The translations under genes and the position numbers were made by a program. Below the pieces are notes generated by a model. The model was not told where the DNA came from. It ran no database searches and was given only the letters and a program-made list of their open reading frames with translations. 64,000 nucleotides of DNA, taken from the NCBI GenBank assembly GCA_965153285.1, contig OZ229115.1; one strand, 5' to 3'. Source of the DNA: Podarcis tiliguerta (taxonomy: Eukaryota). Shown here piece after piece: positions 1-11,701 of the stretch (position 1 is the stretch's first letter; each line of letters begins with the position of its first letter).

Positions 1-134
1 AGCTTTGTCACGCTGGCCACGTGACCCGGAAGTGTCTTCGGACAGCGCTGGGCCCCGGCCTCTTAAGTGAGATGAGTGCACAACCCTAGAGTTGGACACG
101 ACTGGCCCGTACGGGCAGGGGTACCTTTACCTTT
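1..134 (+). mobile_element. Sauria SINE 3' portion
   Basis: Ends GGGGTACCTTTACCTTT (ACCTTT tail); near-identical to the copy at ~35100-35242. Confidence 0.8.
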
Positions 135-854
135 AACAAATATAACTGCTTTTAAAAAATCAGTATACATAATTGTACATACAGTATATTATGTCATCTT
201 AATCCAGATAATCCAATGAAGGAATTCTTGGTAAAACCACTGATTTAGATGGAGATTTACAAAAGGTTTCAGATGGGTTTCACTGCACTGGCTTACAAAT
301 TCAGGCATGGAACTGGGAGATACTCTTGGACTCTGTTAACTAGGGAGGTGCAGGTGACATCAGTTCCTAGGAGTGCCTTTTACCAGTAAAGACTGGTTCA
401 CCAACTGCAACCCTAGCTGCAGAAAGCAGACCTAGCTTCAATTACATATACATGACTCAAGCTTCTCCAAGGGCAATGAGCAAGGATGCAACTTCCTGGA
501 CCAAAGATTGCAGCTGCTGTGCTCCTCTCCCAATTCTCCTACTGCTGGGCTGCCCATGGCTAAGCCTTGGTTTGACTTAGTTTTACATCTGAACACATGG
601 TTACTCTTGCTCAGTCAAATCACAAGCTGTAACCAAGGTTTGTTCTTGATTTACTCCTCACAGTTTGTCTTGGGAAAAGAAACCACAAGCTTGGGTTTGG
701 AAATCGCACCAAACCAAACCATGACCTAGCCCTGGTTAGCGCAGCCGGACTGGAGGAACGATGCAGTTGCCATGATATTCACTCCAGGAACTCTTACATT
801 TCATCATTTGTGCTAACCCATGGTTTTCATTAGTGTTATATGTGGATGTGGACT

Positions 855-2570
855 GGACCAGTGGTTACATCCAGCCTAGAGTACTGTAATGCTCTCTATG
901 TGGGGCTGCATATAAAGACAATCTGGAAATTTCAGCAGGTGCAAAATTCAGCCTCCAGCATGCTTATGTGCAGTTTGAGCATGTCACGCAACAGTTTTGC
1001 ATCAGTTGCACTGGTGAACCATTTGTTCCTCAGCTTAATTTGAAGTGCTAGGACTGACCATTAAAGCTCTGAACAGTTTGCAACCAGGTTATCTGAAGAG
1101 CTCCTACTAAGGGGGGGGGGGCACCAGGGGGTGCATTGGAAGATGGCCAACAATAATATCTCTCCGACACACACGAGGTAATTAAGAGGCTGATATGGGA
1201 GTATGTAGCCTTCCTTGCCCCCCAAGGGAATGGGGGGCACTGCCTTGCCTGCTGTGCCCATAATTCACCCCCGGATTCGAAAGAAGGGGGTGAGGGCACT
1301 AGGCACGAAGCCCTCGGGTGAGGTCGGCTCTCCCGGACGCTGTCTCTGATCGCGCACTGGTTTGCATCAGCTCGAAATATATAATTGGAAAAAGAAGCAA
1401 ATGCACAAACTTCAAGTGAAGATCGGGAGTAAAGACTGCTGATTAATGAGACCTCTGTGATGCGGATCGACGGACTGGACAATAAATTAAGTGAAGACTC
1501 ATCATTAAAAGATTGGTATGTCGGAGCGAAACGGAAAGGGGGGGGGAGGAAAAAACTTTTCTTTTTTGTCTTATGTGAGTACCCAATAACCCTCCCCCCC
1601 CCAGAGAGAAAGAATCCTTGCAAATTACTAATCACAAGTAGGAGATTAAGAACTGTGTGGAAATGAATTACTGATCAAAGAGAGGACTGGTGGAAATCAT
1701 CAGGAATGGAAAGAAAGCTTTGTGACGCAGTTACGAATGGAGATTCGTTAAGACAGGCCTGCCCACAGGAGGACGAGGGGGAGGAGGACCATGGTCATCG
1801 GAATGTGAATGTATGGTTATCGGAATGTGAATTTGACCTGGCAGGGCCCCCTGAGATACAGATTGGCAGGCCTGTGGAAATCCATGGACAGACTGTGGGA
1901 ATGTTCTTTACAGAGGTGTGGAAATGGCGTCTGTCCTTTATGTGATATGGATCTTTGGAGAGTGTAAAATCCACACAGGATATGTTTGTTTTCAACCCGC
2001 TTATGAAGATTATCAGAGAACACAAAGAAAGGAATATATGATAACAACAAGAAGATGAGGAAAATAACAAAGAGACTATCTGGACAGAACTGGACAGAAC
2101 TGTGTAATCAAAGCAGCAGCAAGAGTGATGTTTGGATCCCTTTCGGAGCTCGAAGTATGGGTACCCCCAACAAAATTTTAAAAATTTGGCAGTATAATTT
2201 GGAACTAATGTGATTTAGAATTAATGTGATTGAATTGGCCTGCTAATAAAAATTATTAAAAAAAGAAGAACTCCTACTATGCCTATACGAAACTGCTCAG
2301 GTCCTAAGATTGGCCTCCTCTCAGACCTGTCACTAAAGTTGAATGGGTACTAGGGTCATGGACCTTTTCAGTGGTGGCCCCACATCTGTGGAATTCCCTC
2401 CCCTGAAAACTCCACTTGGCCCCGTCTCTTGTAGACAGTCATTAAGAAATCCTTTTTCTTCTTTTTTTACTTTGCTGGTGATTTTATCATGTTTGTGCAA
2501 ATGTTTTGGTTTTAACATTTCATATGTGGGCCTGCACTAAAAGATGGGGTAGAAATAATAATATTTTTTT
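855..2570 (+). mobile_element. Old L2 LINE 3' fragment, split by the 1110-2264 insertion
   Basis: VVTSSLEYCNALYVGL..KTIWKFQQVQNSA resembles the L2 RT C-terminal 'SRLDYCN' motif. Homology resumes after 2279 (FSVVAPxLWNSLP-type segment near 2365-2402). Confidence 0.7.
1110..2264 (+). mobile_element. L1-like non-autonomous retroposon, 1155 bp, with TSD
   Basis: 15-bp TSD GAAGA(G/A)CTCCTACTA at 1095-1109 and 2265-2279; 5' G-run plus AAGATGGCC at 1140-1148; AATAAA at 2245 and an A-rich tail. Confidence 0.7.
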
Positions 2571-2852
2571 ATTTATACCCTGCCCTTCCCTATTCAGAAA
2601 ACTGGGCTCAGGGTGGTTAACAACAAATTTAAAACACTTAATTGTAATACAACAAAAAACAGCATAAAATACAGTATAAAAGCATTAATAACAATAAATT
2701 CAAAATTCAATTTAGAGGAAAATCCATCCAATATGTTAAAGAAATAAATCATGCCTAGCTGCTGTAGGAAAAATAACATGCTTTTTCTGGGAATGGAAAT
2801 TTGTCACATTTCCTTGCTTAACATGTAGCTAAGCTGCATACCTCAAACTTAC

Positions 2853-2993
2853 CTGAGCATAAATTTTTGACAGCCTGTGAAAAAACATTCGAACTGATAA
2901 ACAGCCCAAGCTGAAATAGGGACTCAAGCCTGTAGTACTTGGAAGCAGAGAATTTGGGATTGTTCTTGGCTTAGCAAACTTTGCTACCCAACC
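2853..2993 (-). CDS. CRY4: Cryptochrome 4, coding exon 4 (not in ORF track); gene continues beyond left edge
   Basis: TTTTAG| acceptor and CAG|GTAAGT donor; 141 nt = GWVAKFAKPRTIPNSLLPSTTGLSPYFSLGCLSVRMFFHRLSKIYAQ, the FAD phosphate-binding TGLSPY...GCLS region. Confidence 0.94.
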
Positions 2994-3403
2994 CTAAAAA
3001 GAGAAACACAAAGCAGAAGAAGCACAGCTGCTATAACTGGAATGACAGCTGTGCTACAATGAGGCAGTGGGTTCTATAAGCAAACCTTATTCCTCTTTAG
3101 TTTACCTTTGTATGAAACCCTTTATGTAAGCCACCTTTGATAAAATTCAATGGAAAGGGCTAGAAATACTTTAAAAACAAGTAAATCTATAGCATGCCTA
3201 TGCTCCTAGCTAAGAACACAGCCTCCACACTAGAAGTAGTGAAAGTGGTGCCATCCACATGCTGTGGTCTACAACTCCCATCATCCTTGACCAATGATCA
3301 CACTAGATGGAGCTGATGGGATTTGTTGTCTGCAACACCTGGAAGGCACTTAGTTGGATATCCTTGCTCCACACTATAGTTATGTGCTGACAAACCTGAG
3401 CCA

Positions 3404-4136
3404 AAACAAGTTCAGTACCTTGCTACGCAATACAGTTGTCACAGTACACAAAGCACAACAGGCTGAATGATAATAACTGTGAAAATTTTGCTAGTTGTTT
3501 CCTATTGTAAAGGTCTAGCCCAGTATATGCAACATATACAGTTCATATGTATGGTGTATAACCTATGAGGCTAATTCCAATATTAATACATTTCTTCTTT
3601 TCTTACTGCTTCTTCTTTTAAGTTCCTGTATAACACAATCCTTAGGTGAGAATAGAAAAGTTCCCAAGGTATCGAGAATAATACAGCTGATGTAGACTGC
3701 TGACACAGGCAAGCTGGTGCAAACTGCTAACTCGGACAAAACAAGGTTTCCGGATATCTCCCGTTTCACCCCAAAGGGCTTCCTCAGCTAATATTAGATC
3801 GTCAATGTGTATAACAGGTACATAAGTAATTGTACATGAACAATTCTCAGTACTTGTGCCAGCAGTCTACATCAGCTGTGTTGTTCTTGATACCTTGGGT
3901 ACTTTTCTATTCTCAGCTAAGGATTGTGTTATACAGGAACTTACAAGAAGAAGCTGTAAGAAAAGATAAGAAAAGAAGAAATGTATTCATATTGGAATTA
4001 GCCTCATAGGTTATACACCGTACATATGAGCTATATATGTAGCACATGCTGGGCTAGACCTTTACGATAGGAAATAACCAGTAAAATTTTCAGAGTTATT
4101 ATCATTCAGTCTGTTGCGCTTTGTGTACTGTGACAA
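3404..4136. mobile_element. Foldback insertion, probably Penelope-like (inverted pseudo-LTR), with 16-bp flanking direct repeat
   Basis: Inverted arms ~3436-3710 and ~3851-4136; TGACAAACCTGAGCCA at 3388-3403 and 4131-4146; hammerhead-like core in the spacer. Confidence 0.7.
3727..3797 (-). ncRNA. Type I hammerhead ribozyme-like motif (possibly degenerate)
   Basis: Minus strand reads CUAAUAUUAG-CUGAGGA-A-GCCC-UUUG-GGGU-GAAA-CGGGA...UUUUGUC-CGAGUUAG: CUGANGA box, stem II, GAAA box, candidate GUC site at 3737-3735, and an imperfect stem I. Confidence 0.5.
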
Positions 4137-4441
4137 ACCTGAGCCAGCATAATATAGTGGTCAGAGTGGTAGTCGTTAGAGACCTCAAGAGCACTATTGC
4201 ACCCATGGGTGCCGCACTGGTGACCCATGATATGCAGAATAAAGATAAATATTGGAAGGCAATTTTTAAAAAGGAAACAAAAACCTGTGGGACTTTCTAG
4301 ATGACTGCAGATATGAATTCTTTAGGAGATGGTAAGTGGCTTGCATTTAGATTTTTCTTTCAAAGGTGATCAGAAAGACTGCTGGTTATCCTCTCACAAA
4401 CAACATGAGAAAGGACAAATACACCTTGAATTAAGACCAAC

Positions 4442-4592
4442 CTGGTTTGTCAGGTGCTCTTCAAGTCGTTGGAGCCCATTAGTTTCCCCTCCTCTCCAAG
4501 ATGACTTGTACTCTTTGGAAAACCCAAGGTCCTCAGGGAGAGGCACCCTGTAAGACTCAGCCAGACCCACTTCAGGGAGAGGACTGAGTTTT
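4442..4592 (-). CDS. CRY4: Cryptochrome 4, coding exon 3
   Basis: TTAG| acceptor and CAG|GTTGGT donor; 151 nt. Encodes (Q)KLSPLPEVGLAESYRVPLPEDLGFSKEYKSSWRGGETNGLQRLEEHLTNQ (WxGGET motif). Confidence 0.92.
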
Positions 4593-5610
4593 CTAAGAAG
4601 GAAATAAAGAGACTTATTTTGAAAACCAAATGTTATACCATAATGAGGCAAACAAACACAATCAGCTTGTTTTATCCCAGAACAAGTGAACACAGCAGAA
4701 AGTGTTGCTTGTTATCACCACTGGAAACCACCCATGTCCTAAAGCCAACAGAAAAGGAAGAAACGTGAAAGACTGATATAGCTGCCTCCCTTGCCTTCCT
4801 ATCTTTGCACAATCAGACCCAACATATCATGCTATGTTTCTAGGAAACATTGCAGTGGTCATGCAAATTAGTGTCCTGAGATGGGCTAACAGGATTTCCA
4901 CACCTACAACCCTAGTGGGGAGGAGAGAAGGATTTTTAAAAATTATTATTGTGCTGTAAATAATTAAAGTACAGTTCCCATGGGTCCATGTGGAAAGCCT
5001 TGGTAATTAAAATAAGTTGTAAGATGACCATCAATTCATAGCCTCAGTTCATACTTTTTGTACATCTCTGTATTCACGAGATGCTTACCAAAAAAAAAAA
5101 AATCTTTTAAAACATGCCAGTATACTGAGACTGTCTGGCTGTTTGAGATCCCAATATATCAGTCATAATCAAATCCATTGTATGGATAGATTTCAAATTC
5201 AAGTATTTCACCGCAAGGCAGATTTTTCAAATTCTGATACGTTCTTAAACCCTGTTGGGGGTTCCCAAAGCTGGTTTTCAAATGTGATCATCACAAGTGG
5301 ACAGTTTACTAAAGCACTACCACAATATCCCAGAAGATAATTATGTAACAAAACCAAAAGTAATTCGACTCTCAATTTGGACACTATGAAAACAAGGATC
5401 ACATTAATCTTTTGATAGGTCACATGGATCAAACTTTTTTTGCTTTGCAAAAAATACATATTGCAAAATTATTTTAGATTGACTTTTGTAAACCACTTTA
5501 GCTTGAATAGGTGGTATATAAATGTTCTTAAATAAATAAAATCATTTTACAGTGAGCCAGCTATTGCTAGAGGGGGAAAAATATGTTCTAGTGGTACAAT
5601 TATTCCTTAC

Positions 5611-5727
5611 TGTGAATTCTCAGGCGTAATGTCTTGCACAGGCATCTCGGGATCTCCAAGCACTGTTAGTATTTGAAGAAACCTTTTGTACGTCAATGGT
5701 GGTATCCCGCCATTTAGTTCCACAATC
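5611..5727 (-). CDS. CRY4: Cryptochrome 4, coding exon 2
   Basis: CAG| acceptor and |GTAAGG donor; 117 nt, phase-consistent. Encodes (R)IVELNGGIPPLTYKRFLQILTVLGDPEMPVQDITPENS, containing the conserved NGGxPPLTYKRF motif. Confidence 0.93.
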
Positions 5728-6059
5728 CTGTATAACACAAGATGATTACACTATGAACAGAAACCGCCTGCAAAAGGATGGAACTTGGGTCTCAGTAGAG
5801 GAACTAAATTTTCTGTAAAACTTTGTTCAGTGATGTTTATTCCCTAATGTGTTTAGCGCTGCAGCCTAAACTCTTCATTTTAATGTCTGCACTCATAATG
5901 CTGGCCAGTTCTGCAGCAGAAAGGAGTGAAGATCTGCATCAGCAACAGAAACATATCTATGCTTGCAGAACGCAAGCTAGGTTTGCACATTTGTTATGCT
6001 GTAAAACCACTAATGGCCCCCCAGGAGATAAGCTTTCTTTCCCTTGGTCAGCTCCGTAC

Positions 6060-6472
6060 CGTCTGACGTCATACAAAGTGTGCCCCACCAAAGAAAATAC
6101 TTCAAATCCCATTTCTTTCCCCATAACTTGGATAGTCTTCTCCATTTCCTTGTAATATGGTTCAATCTCGTCATCGAAAGTCACTTGGGTAATATTCCAC
6201 TTTTGAACATGTTCCCGCAATACAGCCTCATACTCCCCTTCAATGATCCATAAGCAAGAGTTCAATTTCATTAAGTTTGTCTGAAGATCTTCCAGAGTCT
6301 GCAGGAGAAAATGCCAACGTTTAGTTCCCATCCTAGTTGCAGATGTTAAAAAATTTCTATCCAATAGGTAAACTGGATATACGATTTCGGAAGACTTCAG
6401 TGCAGCTAGCAAAGTGGGGTTGTCATGTAGCCGGAGACCCTTCCGAAAAAGATGAATAGTCCGATGAGGCAT
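6060..6472 (-). CDS. CRY4: Cryptochrome 4, first coding exon (aa 1-137)
   Basis: ATG at 6472. Translation MPHRTIHLFRKGLRLHDNPTLLAAL...GHTLYDVR matches the cryptochrome/photolyase N-terminus, with the HLFRKGLR variant I recall for avian CRY4 (CRY1/2 have HWFRKGLR). Donor CG|GTACGG after 6060. Acceptor TTGTAG| upstream makes the exon start at 6523 (51-nt 5' UTR). Confidence 0.92.
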
Positions 6473-6689
6473 GTTGGATATTTATTTCACACGTGGAAGA
6501 AGAAATATGGGGAGAATTCAGATCTACAATAATGGGGGAAGAAAAGAAGTCAGGGTTTGGTATATATTGCAGTGGTGTACAGAAATAGTCTGGCAAGACT
6601 TCTAGTTTAAAGAATAAAGAATTAAAAAAAATAAGTTTTATTATTAACTCTTGGAAAACAAATCCATCCTAAGGACAAGCTCACATGTA

Positions 6690-7205
6690 CCCACTATGGA
6701 GACACGATGTTAAACAAAACAGGCCCCAACACTGTGTCAAAATAGAAAGAAAGCCTGAAATTGTTATTTAGGGGAACTGAATTTAATTCTAAATTATATT
6801 CTGGAAATTTGGAAGATCTCAAGGGGCCAAAAAAAGTGGTTACATCGCGCGCTATATTAGAAGGTTTTGATGAATTGGAAGAGTCGCAAAAAGATTCCAC
6901 TGAGCATATGGATTAATATGGACAAATTAGCTACATACAAAAGAACTGCTTGTCGACACAAAATAAGAATGGAGAAATACGAAGAAATTTGGAACGAATA
7001 TCTAAGTGACAAGGCGGATAACAGTGGGAAATAGAGGGGGGAGAGAGTGGTGATAAACAAGGAGTAGGAATAGGGATATTACTGTATCTAAATTTGTGTT
7101 GTCAATTTGTGTTATTATTGTTATTATGGTTTTTTGTTGTACGTGTCTTTCTAGCTTGGTGTTTGTACTGATTAATTTTTTTAAAAGAAAAAATTTAAAA
7201 AAGAA
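6690..7205 (+). mobile_element. L1-clade LINE 3' fragment
   Basis: Degenerate ORF2 C-terminus-like peptide (LMNWKSRKKIPLSIWIN...MEKYEEIWNEYL) followed by a T-rich UTR and an A-rich tail. Confidence 0.55.
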
Positions 7206-8099
7206 AGCAAGCCTGGCTGAAGGAGGAGGAAAGTAGTAAAACCTAAAAGGAAGTGATCTACATGCCAGCAAATAATTACAAAAGAAGGAACCAACAGAAG
7301 GAAGATCAGGTTCCCTCACCCCAGTTCAGGTAACTACCTTGGATGTCCCCATGTCCTAGTGTTATGAGGGAGTAAATCTTCTCTTCACTTTATCAATATC
7401 TGCATATTGCAGTAAACAGCAGAGGAGGTAAAGAGCAGGAAGACAGACTGGGGTTATTAGCACAATGGCATCTAGGTCACAGGAAGCCAAGCAGACTCCT
7501 CAGAATGGGAGGAATACCTACGGTACTTAGCTGCAGCTGGAAATTTGGAAAAGCAGCTTTCAAAAATAATTTTCAAAAAGATGATATTTGATGGACTGAC
7601 TGCACCCTGACAGAAAACATTCACAACAGATACACTCTATTTGTTGCTTACTGTACCATACTTTTAGACTCTCCAGGTTCACAGTCCAATCCCAGGCATG
7701 TAGGTGATAGAAATCAATGTGACTGCAGGTTTATAGGTTTTGAAGTCTGCACTGGCTTAAATTTATGGTGAATTCAGAATGCAGCTTTCCAGCACAGAAT
7801 GCAAAATCTAGTTGTTCCTGGTCATTAGCTCAACGAACACATGTCATAGCTCAACGAACACATGCATTGGCATGCATTATATGTTAAAATAAAAAGCTGT
7901 AATCGGGATTAGCAACATTTATCCAGCAGGATAAATTTCTGCCCTCAGAGCAGAACGACCAGGTGTAAAAAAAAAAGAGACCAGAGCTCTTGCACCTCCC
8001 ATAGTTAGAAGAGGGAATTACAGTTATGCTGGTGCAGCTTGCATCTTCTACACACCTGTCCAAGGTGCAGATGCCCACTCCTTTTTATCCCCTGTCTCC

Positions 8100-8720
8100 C
8101 TAACTAGTGGCGACTTTCTTCCTCTTGCAAATTCTCGCTTCAGAGGAAGGAGTTTCTTCAGGACGATATCGAGGGAGGAAAAAGGGGTTGCGTTCACTCT
8201 CCCTGACCGAGCTCGGGGATTATCAAATCCAACGTCGATGCAGTTTGCTTTTTGTCTATGCAGGAAGGGGGACGGAAATCAACCCTGCACGTTTGCATGC
8301 AGAGACGCATTCAGCGTCCAGACACGGAGTTTGGGCTTCGGGGGCAGAGAGAAGAGCCCCACCGCGACGGGGAAAGGGGGAACCCTCCCAGAGCCTTGCC
8401 AGGAACGCCAAGGGGAAGGAGAGGCTCGGTAGCAAGGCGGAAGAAAGGGGCGTCCCCTTTCCATCCCACTATCGAGAGGCGGGCAGGGGGCTGCTGGGGA
8501 CGCGGGGTTACCTGTCTCTCTCTGCAGCGGCGCAAGGGGCCTTCCGGGCAGCCTCAGCACCAGACCTTCCTCTTTCCGGTAGCGGCTCCTTCAAAGCGGT
8601 GGCGGAGGAGCTCAGGGAAGGCGTGGCGGTGGTTGGGAAGTCGCTTTTGCTTGAGATGCGCGGGGTTGTGTTTGCAAGAAGACCGGGAGCCGACTCGGGT
8701 CTGGTCTGGGTCTGTTTACG
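8100..8720 (-). promoter_or_regulatory. CpG island; probable CRY4 promoter and non-coding exon 1 (candidate donor ACAG|GTAACC, exon end 8512)
   Basis: Locally GC- and CpG-rich block about 2 kb upstream of the CRY4 acceptor at 6523. Minus-strand donor consensus at 8511-8506. ETS-like TTTCCGG near 8573-8579. Confidence 0.6.
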
Positions 8721-8832
8721 GAAGCTTTTAATGTTTGATGTATTACTGTATTTTAATATTTGGTTGGAAGCCGCCCAGAGTGGCTCGGGAAGCCCAGCCA
8801 GATGGGCGGGGTATTAATAAATAATAATAACA

Positions 8833-8870
<38 letters not shown>
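8720..8870 (+). mobile_element. L2 LINE 3' end with (TAA)n tail
   Basis: GGAAGCCGCCCAGAGTGGCT...CCCAGCCAGAT is shared with the 16826-17147 copy; microsatellite tail. Confidence 0.75.
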
Positions 8871-8871
<1 letters not shown>

Positions 8872-9594
8872 CAGCCCTAAGCAGGCAGCAGCAGCAGCAA
8901 TGATGTGGGAAGGAAACCCCGCTGTAAAACGGGAAACCGACTGTCGGGGTAATAAATCCCCGAGCCTGGTGTCAGTCACACTGCTCTCAGTCAGACCTTG
9001 CTTCTTCTGAGGAAGCGTGTCCAGACTTGGGTTGCTTGTGTGACTGGGTGCAGACCAGTCTGGGAAGTGCTGCTGACACCTTTTTGTCTCCTATGCTGCT
9101 AACAGGCAGAAGTTCACCAGGGGCAGTGTGGAGAGGCAGCGAGGTTGAGTTACTTTCTGCATGTTTATACGGCTTTGTGAAGGCACTTGAGACCTATCAG
9201 AATGCAAAGGTGGAGGCATCCCATACACATCTATTTATGTCATACATTTCTAGCTTGCCATGCTGTCAGATATCGCAACAGGAAAATGATCAGGTCGAAT
9301 GCCATCATTAAAACCAAGGTCCTTAACAGAAAACAGGTGGCTTCATACTCCTGATAGTCAAAACTGACTATCCAACATCCATATGCCAGGGCCGGGGGAA
9401 CTGTGATCTTTTAGTCTCTAGATGCTATTGGATTACAATTCCTATTGGCCACACTGGCTGGAGCTGATGTTGGGAGTGCAAGAACATCTGGTTCCCTAGC
9501 CCTGCCCTAGGTGAACAGGATTACTTTTTATTGGACCAAGATAAGTGAATGTAGAGGGCTATAAAATGTCAAATCTTATATACCGGAGAATATA

Positions 9595-9836
9595 CAGTGG
9601 TACCTCGGGTTAAGTACTTAATTCGTTCCGGAGGTCCATACTTAACCTGAAACTGTTCTTAACCTGAAGCACCGCTTTAGCTAATGGGGCCTTCTGCTGC
9701 TGCTGCGCCGCCGGAGCCCGATTTCTGTTCTCATCCTGAAGCAAAGTTCTTAACCTGAGGTAATATTTCTGGGTTAGTGGAGTCTATAACCTGAAGCGTA
9801 TGTAACCTGAAGCGTATGTAACCCAAGGTACCACTG
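9595..9836 (+). mobile_element. Tc1/mariner-pogo type MITE, 242 bp
   Basis: TIR CAGTGGTACCT.GGGTTA with TA TSD; near-identical to 53167-53408. Confidence 0.88.
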
Positions 9837-11701
9837 TACTTTAAATACTACCCATGCTAAGTAAGCAAATACCTTGGTAACAAAGTATGGAGTTGTGTGT
9901 GGGGAGGAAATAAATTTCACAATATTAATGTGGAAATATGCATATTTCTTACAGCCCGCTAGTACCATTTCATATTTAAAAATCACATCTGTGTATCTTT
10001 TATGTACATGGTAATTATTAACATGCTGAATTATAATGCTTCCCAAATCTCTCTCAAGATTCAGAACTCATATTTTTTTGTGATCCAAATCAAAGAAGTG
10101 CCCTGGAAGGGAAGGCGATGACACTGTGCCTCTGTCTCTTCTGACACACTTTAAGTGGAATCAGGAGGATCAGGACTAAATCCTCCCAAAATGTTGCAAA
10201 TGTCTTAGGCCTGTTCTCCCAGTTCACCTGGAATCATCTTCACAGGCACAATCTTCAAACAACAAACTCTGAAGCAATTCCACTGCAAAAAAACTGGACT
10301 GGTTAATTGGCTTAAGAACTGAACCCCAAATGCACCTTGTAGTCTTTACCTTTTTCTGTTGAGGTCTTTTGACTCCTGCTGGGAATCCCAGGATTATATC
10401 CTGTCACACAGTTCAAAGCTGTTCACAGGAATTTGACTGGCATTTATGTGACACCTGGAAGCTTCTGTATGTGCTTGCCTCACACACAATACAATAATTA
10501 GGTCACTATGGGCAGAATGTAGGTCACTCTAAACCCCTTCTCCTTCCTCCTGGCAAAAGCTGCAGCTGACTAATGCCCACTTAAAAGAGTACAGGCATGT
10601 GATAGGCATCTGGTTTAAGGAGCTATGCAGATTCTATAGGCAAAATAAAATGAAACCTAGCATTGTAGCCATTGCTATTCCTACTCAAAGTAGGCCCACT
10701 GAGTAGAACACAGTTGGATACAACCCTTAATTACATGCTAAATACCTGGGGGGGGTTTGGGGGGGTGGTGGTTAATATTTTATTAAAGTTTTGATAAATA
10801 CTTGGTTAAAATTATTCAAAGTGAAAAGGGTTCAGGCCAGTGGTGCATTAGGTTGTGCAGCAGAGGCAGTGAAGTCATTATTTTTAATTATTTTTGAATG
10901 TAACTGTTTTTACAATTTTATTGTTTTTACAGTTTTATTGTTTTATTCTTTCTGAGGTTTTCACAACCAAGTGATATATAATATTTTATGAAATAAATAC
11001 GTGCAGCATACAATTGAAGGCTGCTTTATAATGTTCTTAAGTAGAGTTTTAACTTGCATAACCAAGACTGACATCATATAGCTCCTTACCTGAAACTCAC
11101 TGAACTCAATCGGAGTTCCTTCTGAATAAACATGTGTAGGATTATGCCATTAGATTACAATCAGTGTATACTTACTTATCTTAGTGCCATTGAATATTAT
11201 CAAATTACATAGAAGCATGCTGTAATATAAATTGCCCAATAATGAAATTCTCTTTAAAACATGTTGACATCTTACTCATCCAAGTTACTGGCATTTTTAA
11301 ATCTGCCATAAAGAGTTTAAGGGCATGATCTCTGCTATTGAACAGAGCTTGATTATGTAATGATTAAAGGATAGTGTGGGGTGCAAAACTGTAATTGTAA
11401 TTTGTAGGGAGCGGGGCATACTTTATTAAGATTTCTTTTTCAGTCTGTCCTGGGCACATAACACTGTATACATATGCTTTTTAATCTCAGTCCTCTAAAG
11501 TACATGAGAAATAGTTATCTTGCAAAAGGGGTGAATTTAATGTCTCATTGCACTCCTCACACAGATGGAGATGCACCAATGTACTTATGCTTTTCTTGTG
11601 GTGTGCAGGTCAGCTAAAGGTGCTGCCCGGAGTACATGAACAAAAATGGGCTTACAACATAAGCAAATTAAAGCACCCCCACTATATACATTCAAGACAT
11701 T

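Noticed and set aside
4593-4693. Open frame upstream of CRY4 coding exon 3 as an avian Cry4b-like insertion
   Set aside because: The upstream AGs checked (would-be exon starts 4612 and 4665) are out of frame.
8107-8817. 236-aa and overlapping ORFs
   Set aside because: Stop-poor CpG-island sequence running into an L2 tail; no recognisable protein.
8743-8979. Poly-Tyr ORF
   Set aside because: It is the translation of the (TAA)n L2 tail.
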